Shown here in pieces: positions 53,833-64,000 of a stretch of DNA of 64,000 nt. Source of the DNA: Naegleria gruberi (lineage: Eukaryota). Location: NCBI GenBank assembly GCA_000004985.1, contig GG738880.1; one strand, written 5' to 3'. Made by a program: the position numbers and the translations under genes. Positions within the stretch are counted from its first letter, which is position 1. Each line of letters begins with the position of its first letter. A model generated the notes under the pieces. It saw nothing but the letters and a program-made list of their open reading frames with translations, was not told where the DNA came from and searched no databases.

Positions 53833-55453
53833 CGGCGACATAAAATCCCCATTTTATTGCTCGAGATCTAAGGAATGATCTTAAAAGTGTTTTCAGGTAA
53901 TTAGCGAATTCATTTTCATTAAAAGGATATGGGTGATCGATCTCCTTCACCAATCTTACTGCATAGGGAATAAACATTCAGGTTGAGCAAGAATCTTAAA
54001 ACCATACGATGCAATTATTTTTTGTGATTGTGAAATTCTATTGGTGATGGTTCACATTATCTGAAAGTGATTCTGCACTGCTTTTCAAATCCACTTCTCG
54101 TTTGAATTAAATACTGTCATCAATTATCGCTCATTGTCTACACTTGGAGGAACATATGACAACTCAATGAAGAATTTTTGTAATTCAGACATATTGAAGA
54201 ATTGAGAAAATGTTTTTTAAATCCATGACCATCTCTTTCTAAGGGAAAATGTAAAGCAGTCAGTCCAAAAGAATTTGTTAAAATTGTGTGGAATCTTAAT
54301 ATTGATTTTCAATCCACTGTAGAGCTTTTAATTCTGAAATATGTTAATTGACCATAAACGCGCATCATTCGCCAACCTGTCAACAATCATGCCATAAATC
54401 CTTAATTAAACGCTGCTAAACATTCCAGTTGCATTAATCCAATAATTGTAAAGGAAGAGGCTTTGTTTCGAATGCTAATTTCTTCAGTTGATTCCCAAAG
54501 GTTTCGATGGTGATGGAATTTTTTTGAGTTTTCTATTGAAAAGATGAAACAATTATTTGCTTCGACACTCCTCAGAATAAGCAAACTCAAATAAAACAAT
54601 GTGGTCAGAGGTTTGGATTTCTATTGATTAAACAAATAGAAATTAACCCAAAAAAGAGCAACTCCCGTTCGATCCCAAAACTAAAAAGATTCTTGTCATA
54701 AATGGTCAGGATTTCAACCGATCTAGATTTTGTTAGATATCAAATCAAATATTACATCCTGCCGCTATCCAGGCAAGAATTCATATGTTAACCCAATGTT
54801 AATGGTACTTAACTCTTTTCAAATCAATTAAGAAACAGATCTAAGATTTCTTCCGCTTCCATAGAACTAGGAAATTGTTTACCAAATACTCAACAAAAGA
54901 AAGCAACTCCACACCATCTAGAGGAAGAACATCCTCAAATTCTAGCTGTCATCATTTGTCTAATTTTGAGAATGGTAATCCAATAGAAAAATAATATCTA
55001 ATTTTTAGGAACAAGATAACGGATTGGAAGTGTAGCATGTTGGTGATGACTCTTTTCTCATTGAGTGGGCTGTGCTTAATTGAAACATCAGAAATTCAGT
55101 TGTAGTTACTGAATTGCAAAGTTGAAGATTCACATCATCGATCCTTCTCTCCACAACAAGAGGAGAAGAACCAAGTCAATTTTTGCTAAAATGTTCATTT
55201 CCTTGAAAATGATGTTGTTGCTTGTGTTTAAAACTCATTGTATTCTACAGCTCATTGAGAAGGTTCTTTTTGTGAGGATGATAATTGCCTCCGTAATCAA
55301 GAGTCAATAGTAACTTTACACTACAGGAAGATAACCAGCACCCAGGTAGTGAGAATAGTGAGAAAATGAGAGTTGTGTGTAAAGGCTCATTCAAAAGCCT
55401 CATGAATGGTCCAGAAATGATATCGTAGTTGAATATTAGGATGCTCCAAGGTC

Positions 55454-55511
55454 AAGATACGGTTTTTATTGAGCGACTACAGTTATTTACTGTAAAGATT
55501 TGTGGTGGGTA
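55454..55511 (+). repeat. Dispersed ~57-bp repeat, copy B
   Basis: See copy A. Confidence 0.7.
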
Positions 55512-56481
55512 TTATGCGACGCAAAAAAATCACCGTCTCAGTTCAGTCATCATCCAATCCTGGACAAAACATTCGAGTCAACTCGTTGCCAAAAATGCAT
55601 TGACTTTCTTTGTGAGTTATAGACAGTCATCCTTCACTATTTTGCATTCCTTCCTTGGTTCTAATGTTGAATTACAACGAAACGCAGAGTAATCATTAGC
55701 CAAAGATTTGTATCGAATCCTTTAAAGATTTCTTCAGTTCCACTTGCTGTTTTCGAAAAATTTGACGCTCAACCCCATCTAAGCCATTAAAAAATCAGAT
55801 TATGCCTTCGTTTAAATACCATTTATGGATGGCGAACAAATAAAAAACCAGAATCTCAGTTTGCAACCCAGAAATTTCTAACAATATCGTTGTATTCTTC
55901 GTTGATGGATTATGTTGTTGATTAGCTGCATCTAATCATCAAGAGATATGAAATAATAAATAGAAAGACTTGCTCCTTACAAGGTTTGTAGATTTCAGTT
56001 AATTTACATTTTACCTCGTATCATATACCAATGTTTGACCTTCATACAGCAAAAATATCAAAACCCACGCTACAAAAAACAGAGATTGCAATAAAGCATC
56101 TGGAGTAATTCCAAATGTGTAAAATCCTTCGCCCTCTAGTGACCATATTTAGATAGAATCAGCGAAAATTTTTGGTCGTGCCTATTCCACATAAATTCTG
56201 GCCCACACAGAAAAACAGCAACATGAAGCATAAATGAAAATCCGTACAGATGCATTATAAAACCCTCTCCGAACCATTGGCTCACTCTTCTCACTTTAAA
56301 AAAACAAAACAACAATAACAACTATCACTGACCACAGTAATACTACTATTACGTGTCATTTCAAAGATACTTTAAACCACCGCAATTATTTCACTCTCTC
56401 ACGTGTAAGCCAACTAAGTAACCTTCCAAACACAAGAAAAATCAAAAAGTTACCAACCTACTACTGCTAATACCCAACACA

Positions 56482-57315
56482 ATGATCAGTCAACATACCT
56501 CATTAAATTATTCATCGAGTAATACTAATACATGTATTCCATCACATTATAGCAGACCACTTTCACCTCCAACTAATACATCACTTCCTTCGATACATTC
56601 CCTGAAAGAATTTTCTCATCAACCACAATACTCTCAGAGTTGTCCAGTTAGAACAGCAACCCATACTAATTCACAATATCCTCACCACTACTATCCTTTG
56701 ACCCATCACCATACTAATATTGATCAACAATATGCCTATGCCCCTGTAAATAATACTACCAATCTTTACCATAATAACAGTAATAGTAGTCATTCAGATG
56801 CTCTGTCGAGTGAAGACAGCAACACATCTAATCAGCATGTAAATAGAACTTCTCCTTCCCCAATTAAAGTTAAGAATAACAAGTCAGATAACAAACAAAA
56901 AGTGAAATCTCCAAATACTACTAATGCTCCTAATACTACTAATGGTATCAAAAAGAAGAGAAAGACTAAAAAGAATAAGATTATCATTGCAACTTCTGAA
57001 TTGGTTAGATGCATGACTTTACCACAAACAGTAGCTGCTAAAAAACTGAAAGTTTCTCTCAGTACTTTGAAGAGACGTTTCTATGAATTGAGTGTTGGAA
57101 GATGGCCATCAATTGCTCCAACAAATGAACCTGGATCTTCCTCAAAGACTGAAGAAGACATGTATGTGGAAAGTACAGATGCTACACCAGAACAAAAACT
57201 TTCACTTTCATTCATTATGAATAAGAAAGAATGTCCAGAATCGAGTGTAATTGATAATCTTTCAATGGTCATTCTGAAAGTTGCCTTTACTTTAAACACA
57301 AACGAAGAAAAATAA
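56482..57315 (+). CDS. RWP-RK domain protein (paralog 2), single exon
   Basis: KKKRKTKKNKIIIATSELVRCMTLPQTVAAKKLKVSLSTLKRRFYELSVGRWP parallels paralog 1 (KKKKNNTKIEITHEMMKPYFYCPQTLAARLLGVSISTLKRRFYDLHIGRWP). The N-terminus is H/Y/S-rich. Confidence 0.7.
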   Translation: MISQHTSLNYSSSNTNTCIPSHYSRPLSPPTNTSLPSIHSLKEFSHQPQYSQSCPVRTATHTNSQYPHHYYPLTHHHTNIDQQYAYAPVNNTTNLYHNNSNSSHSDALSSEDSNTSNQHVNRTSPSPIKVKNNKSDNKQKVKSPNTTNAPNTTNGIKKKRKTKKNKIIIATSELVRCMTLPQTVAAKKLKVSLSTLKRRFYELSVGRWPSIAPTNEPGSSSKTEEDMYVESTDATPEQKLSLSFIMNKKECPESSVIDNLSMVILKVAFTLNTNEEK

Positions 57316-57783
57316 ATTAATTGTACATTGTAAAAATCAACTTTAACTGTTTCTACATTGAAAATCTCTTTGGATAATGAAATATTCAAATATTCAAATA
57401 TTCAAAATTATTCGTTTCGTTAATATTCTCAATTTATTGCACAAAACGCTATTCAAAAATATTCAGAATCTTTTTGCGTTAAAAAAATTTTGGATACCTA
57501 TCATCAGAATCACACAAGACTATCACGCACCAAGAAATTTTTTTATTCTTGCTGCCCTCTCCTCTTTCCTTCAGAAGGACGACACAACAAGCTATTACCA
57601 CAAAGAACACCCGATTATACAAAACACATTTATTTGTTGAATAGTAGTACTTGTTCTCTCTTACATTTCCCACCTAAAAAGATCTTTTGATCTAATTCCA
57701 TACCCTATTTTCATCGTCATCATTGCTCCTTCTCCTTTTTAAAATTCCATAACAATTCCCTGTAGAAATAACTTCTTGCTACA

Positions 57784-60666
57784 ATGAATAAGAGAAAATT
57801 TGATGAAGAGGAAGTTCCTCAACAGGAAGACCCTCTTAATTTTGTAGCGTTAGACTCCACTCTTAATCCTGCACAATTCCCAACAACAACAATAACAACA
57901 ACAGAAAATTTAATTTCCACCAATACAAGTAACTTAACTTCCCATCCAACCGACTCTTCCAATCCTCATCCCAACTCTGATCAACTAACACCTAAAAAGA
58001 GAAAAATTAATAGTATTTCTCCTAGTGATTTAAATCACATTCACACATTCACTCCAGACTCTACAACATTGGATTTTAGAATTATGAATTTAAAATCAGC
58101 TTCCAGTTCTGCACCAGAGGATGAAGGTATTCATGATCCGAATATACCTGAAATAACATCTTCAGTAATGAATGACGATAGCATCTTTTTTGATAATGAA
58201 TTAGATGAAAGTCTTTACCTTTCTTCAGCATTTTCTTCCACAGAACGTGAAGAAATAAGAATGCAAACAAAGAAATTTATTGAAATTCAAAAATTGAATG
58301 AACAACAATATGTTCAACATGCTGTTAAATATGTAAGAAGTATTTCTGAAGTCAACAGAATTATCAATGTTGGAGAATGGTTCGGTACAGAAGAGCTAGA
58401 AGAATCCTTTGTTCAGGGCATTACACCCTCCCAAAGTCAAGAAAATTTCAAAATTCCACAAGTCTCCTTGATGAATGCAACAAATCCAAAAGCTCAAATT
58501 TCTTCAATAACCACTCCAGAAATTGTCTTTCTACCAAAGGTATTCTCCTCTTTGATAAAACCTCACCAGTTAGAAGGAATTAGATTTTGTTGGAGTCATA
58601 TCATCCTTCCTCCAAATGATACCCTTAGAGGATGTATCCTTGGTCACTCCAATGGCCTAGGAAAAACATTAACAGTTATTGCTTTTTCCTATCTCTTCCT
58701 CAAGTATAATAAGGGTAAGAAGATTTTAATCATTTGTCCTCGTTCTGTTATTCAAAACTGGGAAAGAGAAATTTCTTCATGGTTACATTCACTAAGATTG
58801 GAATACATTCCATGTTATGTACTTGACCATGGTAAAGACTCTAGAGTTAGTAGGTTAGAAAAACTTCAAGAATGGGATTCAAAAGGAGGCATTCTCTTGA
58901 TGTGTTTCACTTCATTTTCAAGATGGACCGAAACACAATATTCCAACATTGATTCCAAAAGCTGTCAAAATAGATTTGATTTCGAAAAGAAGATTTCTGA
59001 CTATTTAAGAGGATGTGATCTAGCAATTGTAGATGAAGGGCATAGATTGAAGAATCCAAGCTCATCAATCAGCAAAGCTCTTTATTGCAATATTCAAACA
59101 AGAAATCGTATTGTTTTGACAGGAGTTCCACCTCAATTTGATCTTATGGAATACTATACCATTTTAGATTGGATTAGACCTGGCTATTGGTCCTTGAACG
59201 AATTCAAACACTTGTTCATTGATCCTATGAATAATCACTCAATTGAATCCATCAAACAAAGATATTATGTACTCAAACACGAATTGAGCTATTTTGTCCA
59301 CCGAAAAGATCAATCAGTACTTAAATCCTATCTTCCACCAAAAAGAGAATATGTTATTCAATTCCATCCTCATGATATCCAAGTATCACTTTATAATAAC
59401 TTTATACAATCTAGAGACGGAGATGAAAAGTGTATATACTATGTTACTTGCATGCTTCAAAAGATCCTAAACCATCCTGATTGGGTAGTTGATTATTGCC
59501 AAGCTAATAATCCAAAAGACTCCAACACTTCATCTATCAAATTATTCTCAGATGAAAGATTGGACTTGGAGGGAAGCAAATCCTCACATGCTGACTTGAA
59601 CTCCTATTCATTAAACACTGAGATTTCTGATGAAGATATGAGTGTTGCTCCATCAATCAGTAACACCATGTTTAACATGCTAGAAAAAGCTGAAAAGTAC
59701 AAGGATAGTTCAGAGAATATAGAATGGGCTAGCCCTGTTCATTCCAGAAGTTACATTATGAATGCCATCGATCATTCTCCAAAAATGCTTTGCTTGATTA
59801 GAATGATAGAGCAATGTTTCTTATCCAATGAAAAGATCCTAGTTTTTAGTCAATATCAAGAAACTCTAGATATTATTGAGAGAATAATTAATAATGTTAA
59901 TATCACTACAGGTTTACCATTAGAAGACGAACATCAACCACTTAAAAGAAAGCTCAAAAGAAATTTGGATTATTATAGATTGGATGAATCAATGTCAGTT
60001 TCACTTGGGCAAAGTGTTGTAGACTCATTCAACTCATCCAATGATGCACCTTTATTATTGATCAGTACAAAAGTTGGTTCCTTAGGTATTGACTTGTCTA
60101 CTAGTCAAAAGATTGTCTTGTATGATGTTTGTTGGGATTCCTCTTGGGATAATCAAGCAGTATTTAGATCTTTCAGATATGGTCAAACAAAACCAGTTTC
60201 CATCTATAGATTTGTCATGTATAATACTATTGAAAGCAAAATATTTGAAAAATTGTGTACTAAAACCTCTCCATTTAAGAATCTAAGCGAGGATAAAAAG
60301 GATTTCCTCAACAAGGATGACTTTGTTCCTTACACAAAACCTCCTTCCGAAAATGTAACCATTTCAAAAACTGACCAATTACTTTCTAATGTTTTGAACA
60401 GTGATATTAGAATTTTGAAATACCTTCGATCAATCTTTGATTATGAAAGTCTTTATATTGAAGCTATAGATGACATGACATCAAACGAACAAACAAATTA
60501 TAAGAGTCGGTATGAATTGGACTTTTCTAACTATACCACCAAAGATAGGAATAGAAACAATTCTACAAGCGAGGAAGGTGACGAAAGCGAAGAAAGTGAA
60601 CAGTATGAAGATGAAACAAGTTCAGATTCAGAACAATTCGAAAGTGAAGAAGAAGAAATTGAATAA
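57784..60666 (+). CDS. SNF2-family DNA-dependent ATPase (Rad54/ATRX/ARIP4-like)
   Basis: Helicase motifs: LKPHQLEGIRFCW...GCILGHSNGLGKTLTVIAF (motif I), LAIVDEGHRLKN (motif II, DEGH), and VLTGVPPQ. The helicase-C region is LLISTKVGSLGIDLSTSQKIVLYDVCWDSSWDNQAVFRSFRYGQTKPV. The C-terminus is an acidic tail. Confidence 0.85.
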   Translation: MNKRKFDEEEVPQQEDPLNFVALDSTLNPAQFPTTTITTTENLISTNTSNLTSHPTDSSNPHPNSDQLTPKKRKINSISPSDLNHIHTFTPDSTTLDFRIMNLKSASSSAPEDEGIHDPNIPEITSSVMNDDSIFFDNELDESLYLSSAFSSTEREEIRMQTKKFIEIQKLNEQQYVQHAVKYVRSISEVNRIINVGEWFGTEELEESFVQGITPSQSQENFKIPQVSLMNATNPKAQISSITTPEIVFLPKVFSSLIKPHQLEGIRFCWSHIILPPNDTLRGCILGHSNGLGKTLTVIAFSYLFLKYNKGKKILIICPRSVIQNWEREISSWLHSLRLEYIPCYVLDHGKDSRVSRLEKLQEWDSKGGILLMCFTSFSRWTETQYSNIDSKSCQNRFDFEKKISDYLRGCDLAIVDEGHRLKNPSSSISKALYCNIQTRNRIVLTGVPPQFDLMEYYTILDWIRPGYWSLNEFKHLFIDPMNNHSIESIKQRYYVLKHELSYFVHRKDQSVLKSYLPPKREYVIQFHPHDIQVSLYNNFIQSRDGDEKCIYYVTCMLQKILNHPDWVVDYCQANNPKDSNTSSIKLFSDERLDLEGSKSSHADLNSYSLNTEISDEDMSVAPSISNTMFNMLEKAEKYKDSSENIEWASPVHSRSYIMNAIDHSPKMLCLIRMIEQCFLSNEKILVFSQYQETLDIIERIINNVNITTGLPLEDEHQPLKRKLKRNLDYYRLDESMSVSLGQSVVDSFNSSNDAPLLLISTKVGSLGIDLSTSQKIVLYDVCWDSSWDNQAVFRSFRYGQTKPVSIYRFVMYNTIESKIFEKLCTKTSPFKNLSEDKKDFLNKDDFVPYTKPPSENVTISKTDQLLSNVLNSDIRILKYLRSIFDYESLYIEAIDDMTSNEQTNYKSRYELDFSNYTTKDRNRNNSTSEEGDESEESEQYEDETSSDSEQFESEEEEIE

Positions 60667-60677
60667 AATTTTAATCA

Positions 60678-61166
60678 CTAGTTTGTTCTTCTCAATATTT
60701 CCAGTTCTTCTAATAATCGTCTGTTTGTATCCTCTAGTTGTTGTTCGCCTTTTTCCAAATTACTAATATAATTTGCAATTTCCTTTTGTCTAACAATCAG
60801 ATCATGTTCTGCAGCCTTATGTGAGGCACTAATTAATTGAAGTTCTTCTTTTAAATTACAATTTTCATTTTGAAGCCTTCCATGTATTTCAAGTAAGGAA
60901 TGAAAATTAGTTTCATCCATTCCTTGATTCAAAGAATTCATCCCAGAATCTAGGCTTTTTGATCCCAGATTATCTATTAGGAAAGGTTGTATTGATGATT
61001 CATGTTCGGTTTTGTTGGATAATGTTGTTTGTGTACTGAATGATGAGTTTGTATTATTATTTACATGGGATTGCTGTTCGGAATATTGTTGTTGATGTAG
61101 ATCAATTACTATAAGGCTTGAATTACTACTACTAAGGGAGTTTATTTGATGATGTTGCGAGGTCAT
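60678..61166 (-). CDS. Hypothetical coiled-coil protein
   Basis: 162-aa ORF. The N-terminus is S/N/Q-rich and the C-terminus is heptad-like (LQNENCNLKEELQLI...LEDTNRRLLEELEILRR). Confidence 0.35.
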   Translation of the reverse strand: MTSQHHQINSLSSSNSSLIVIDLHQQQYSEQQSHVNNNTNSSFSTQTTLSNKTEHESSIQPFLIDNLGSKSLDSGMNSLNQGMDETNFHSLLEIHGRLQNENCNLKEELQLISASHKAAEHDLIVRQKEIANYISNLEKGEQQLEDTNRRLLEELEILRRTN

Positions 61167-61540
61167 AGGTGGATGTATTTACAAGTTGTTTATTGTTGTG
61201 TGTTGTTGGGTTATTTTTTTGACTGCCACACACAGTGTGTTGAATGTTTGTCTTTACAATAGACAGAAAAAAAAATCACAATGTTCATTCACTTAGACCT
61301 AGCATTGACTCACCTCTGAGAGTTTAGTTATTGTGGTTGTATTCATGGCAACCACACCTTGGTTCCGTTTGTTGATTATTTACAAGTAGTGTACATTTGT
61401 GCTGGGGCACAGTTAGTAGTTCGGTAGCAAAACTCTATATGGTACATTTACATCAGGATAATGAAGAGGAGGATTACTGATTCTCAGTACATACTATTAA
61501 TATTTACATCTCTGTAACAGGAGGATAGAAGGAGGAGGGA

Positions 61541-63031
61541 TTAGAAGGTAAAATCCAAAAAGAAGGACAAATCCGAGTCAGGTTTCAAATCAGATGAAGA
61601 GTATTCTGCAGAGTATTGTGGATCAAATCTCCTTGATTCAACAATAGTCTTGTATGCAAAGTCATTATCATCGTTCCATAAATCCTCAAGATAGGATTGT
61701 CTCATCTTTTGAAGTTGTTCACTCGAGTAGTAAATTGGCTGAGAATTTTGAGAAGTAGATGATTTGCCAGAGCAATGACTGCATACCGTACTTCCAGGAG
61801 CATGGTGATAAATACAATTATTGGCTGAGACTGAAGGTTGTGGGATTGTAGTAGTTGGATAAAAGTCATATTCGTCAAAGTTAGTATAGCTAATGGAAGG
61901 GTCAGACAAGACATATTCATTATCCATGTCAGAGTCTAGGTTGAAGGTAGGTTGAGTTAGTTGTGGGTATGTATTGGTGGATGAAGATAGAGCAGAAGAT
62001 GAAGATGATTGAACTTTTGGTTCACTACTGGTTGAAGCGCTTGTCATTTTACGCTTCTTAATTTCTGGTTGAGGAGAGGTAGTTTCTTCTTCATCATCCT
62101 CTTCTTCCTCAGATTGTTCATCTTCGTATTCATCTTCATCTTCTTGAGAAGGTTTGTACTCATCATCTTCCTCATAATCATAACTACTATCTCTACTAGC
62201 CTTCTTTCTCTTTCTATTAACCTTGGAAGATGACTTGATTGATTTTGAGTCTTCTTCATCATCATCTTCACCTGTAGGAATGGAGGCAGAAGCAAGTATG
62301 TCACTTTCATCACCTGAAATTTCTCTGTCACCTGTAACAATACGAGTTGTCTTGATATCAAGAAGTTTGTTACTATTACTGAAACGTAATTGAATCGTAA
62401 TGGATTGAATACCATCAGACGAAGATTTAGAGTTTGACTTTTTTCTCTTTGGACATGGTGGTAAGGTGATTTCACAAACTCCTCCACTTTTTTTGGCTTT
62501 ATCCTTACACTTTTCTACAACTCTTCTCAAAGTTGAATTCCAGTGGTTCTTGATAGCATTAGCAGTTCTTCCATTGAGTACTTTGGCAATTTGAGCCCAT
62601 TTGTTACCATGTTTTTCATGATACTCTATGATAATTCTGTCTTCTTCAGGAGTCCACCAATCTTTCTTTACAGATGGATCTAAATGGTTATACCATCTCT
62701 CTCTGCATTGTTTACCAATTCTACCAGGGAGTTCTTGAGCAATTTGTGACCATTTCTTTGCTCCAAACTTTTCTACAAGCTTTCTGAGATGATCGTCTTC
62801 TTCATCTGTCCATCCTCCTCTGATATTCTTGGTCTCCTTGTTCTTTTGTTTGGAACCCTTCTTTTTTGGAGTCTTTTTCTTCTTGGATGATTTATCACTT
62901 GAAGAAGTACTAGAATCAGTTTGATATTCTTCTTCAAAGTTTGTATATTCCTCTCCTCCACTTACATCCTCTTGAGGAGAGATGGGATTGCTGAGCTCAG
63001 CAGACATTGTATAATCTAGTAAGTGTGACAA
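61541..63031 (-). CDS. Myb-type transcription factor (two tandem Myb/SANT repeats, c-Myb/R2R3-like)
   Basis: [97 protein letters not shown] has conserved Trp spacing in both repeats. It is flanked by acidic D/E and basic K-rich stretches. Confidence 0.85.
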   Translation of the reverse strand: MSHLLDYTMSAELSNPISPQEDVSGGEEYTNFEEEYQTDSSTSSSDKSSKKKKTPKKKGSKQKNKETKNIRGGWTDEEDDHLRKLVEKFGAKKWSQIAQELPGRIGKQCRERWYNHLDPSVKKDWWTPEEDRIIIEYHEKHGNKWAQIAKVLNGRTANAIKNHWNSTLRRVVEKCKDKAKKSGGVCEITLPPCPKRKKSNSKSSSDGIQSITIQLRFSNSNKLLDIKTTRIVTGDREISGDESDILASASIPTGEDDDEEDSKSIKSSSKVNRKRKKASRDSSYDYEEDDEYKPSQEDEDEYEDEQSEEEEDDEEETTSPQPEIKKRKMTSASTSSEPKVQSSSSSALSSSTNTYPQLTQPTFNLDSDMDNEYVLSDPSISYTNFDEYDFYPTTTIPQPSVSANNCIYHHAPGSTVCSHCSGKSSTSQNSQPIYYSSEQLQKMRQSYLEDLWNDDNDFAYKTIVESRRFDPQYSAEYSSSDLKPDSDLSFFLDFTF

Positions 63032-64000
63032 GTTAGTGATAATACTATAGTACTATTTGTTGTTGTTGTTGTTGGTCTATGTACAATAAGGCACTGATAA
63101 GATGTTTTTTGCAAAGCCGGCAAAATTCACCGTTAAAAATATTCAAGAGATAACAAAGGGCAAAACTACGACGGTAGCGTTTGAGGTTTTTTTTTGATGA
63201 TTTTTTTAAAAAATAAAATTTAATTTTGGAGCCATTTTTTCATTCGCTGGTTGCCTATTTTTAATTTTCCGAGTAATCTGATTGGTGGGAAAACTGTAAA
63301 CCAATCGTCATGCTAGCTATTTTTGAGTGCACCCAAAGGAAGAACATTCTAAAGGGAGCACACACCATTCTCTCTCGTATTGATTATCAATAACGAGAAT
63401 GGTGAATTACTTTTTGTTATTTACTGGTTTGTTGTTGAATTATTATATTGTTGGGTTCAACCTGAACGTTGAACTTGCAAACTAACTTTCAACCTCCAAT
63501 AATCTGTTTCGGTTGACAGTCTAATTAATTGAAACTATTTGCTGATGGTTATCAATTATTGATGATGGAATAGGACAGTTATATCCGAACATGTAGGAGA
63601 AGCAGTTGCTATAGGTGGAGTTTAATCCTTGATCTTGCAAGATGTCAGTTAACAAGAATCATCACTGTGGCTGAAATATTCATTGGAAGAAACGAATCAT
63701 TCAACAATTAACAAGGTCATGAAGTGGTTGTATGACAAGATCTTTTCCAACAAGACCATCTTCAAAGCAGCTGGCTAGTTGCAGTAATTGTTAATAATAA
63801 ATTAATTATCTAATCAATTCGTGTTGTATAGCAAGCTATCATATTGCGGATTCACCAACAAATCTACCTCACCTCCCAACTACCAAACAACTACACAGAA
63901 CAAAGCAGGAACACGACAGGAGCAGTCATAGAAAAAGTAAACGACATCCTCATTTTCGTAATAACTATTGTCTACCTATGAAATTTTCATTTTAGGTTTT

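Noticed and set aside
1-64000. Naming the source organism. I considered Naegleria-like, Entamoeba-like, Mucoromycota, Candida or Schizosaccharomyces-like yeasts, and Cryptosporidium.
   Set aside because: No single candidate fits intron style, GC content, the RF2 gene and the MGAT1 gene at the same time from what I can recall. A BLAST search of RPL5 and the 5S gene would settle it. I left the taxon open.

Overview
This is a eukaryotic nuclear window, not prokaryotic. It is AT-rich (roughly one-third GC by eye) and gene-dense, with about 35 protein-coding genes on both strands, most of them single-exon. Spliced genes carry very small spliceosomal introns of 41-80 nt (one of 170 nt) with GTAAGT or GTATGT donors and weak acceptors (AAG, TAG or CAG). 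I could not determine the taxon from sequence alone. The gene content suggests a phagotrophic protist-like organism with a standard-code organelle: a GT13 GlcNAc-transferase I, an RF2-type organellar release factor, two RWP-RK proteins, an Hsp20 and a bacterial-type lysozyme. Several 'M' starts in the supplied ORF track are really TTG or GTG codons, and I moved those starts to the first real ATG. Recognisable genes include a kinesin (partial), ribosomal protein L5, a MGAT1-like GT13 enzyme, a secreted SH3b-GH108-PG_binding_3 peptidoglycan hydrolase (probable bacterial horizontal gene transfer, now intron-containing), tRNA-Thr(AGT), an SDR reductase, an AIF/FSP1-like FAD oxidoreductase, a P-loop GTPase, an ATP11-like protein, a SAPS/PP6-regulatory protein, an LRR protein, an RF2-type release factor with two 41-nt introns, a Na+/H+ exchanger, a long coiled-coil protein, a GRAM+VASt sterol-transfer protein, an SLC35B-type nucleotide-sugar transporter, two near-identical Hsp20 genes inside a 1.2-kb duplicated block that borders a 50-N assembly gap, an ankyrin-repeat protein, an F-box/DUF4116 protein, a group XII sPLA2-like protein, a 5S rRNA gene with an adjacent degenerate tRNA-Asp-like element, a PhyH-like dioxygenase, an F-box protein, an NAD-dependent CCR/DFR-like reductase, Pus3/TruA pseudouridine synthase, two paralogous RWP-RK regulators either side of a 3-kb gene-poor interval holding a dispersed ~57-bp repeat, a SNF2-family ATPase and an R2R3 Myb protein. 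The most unusual items are the bacterial-type lysozyme gene, the hsp20-containing duplication, the 5S/tRNA-like pair, a 31-bp perfect inverted repeat, and the RWP-RK pair with its repeat.
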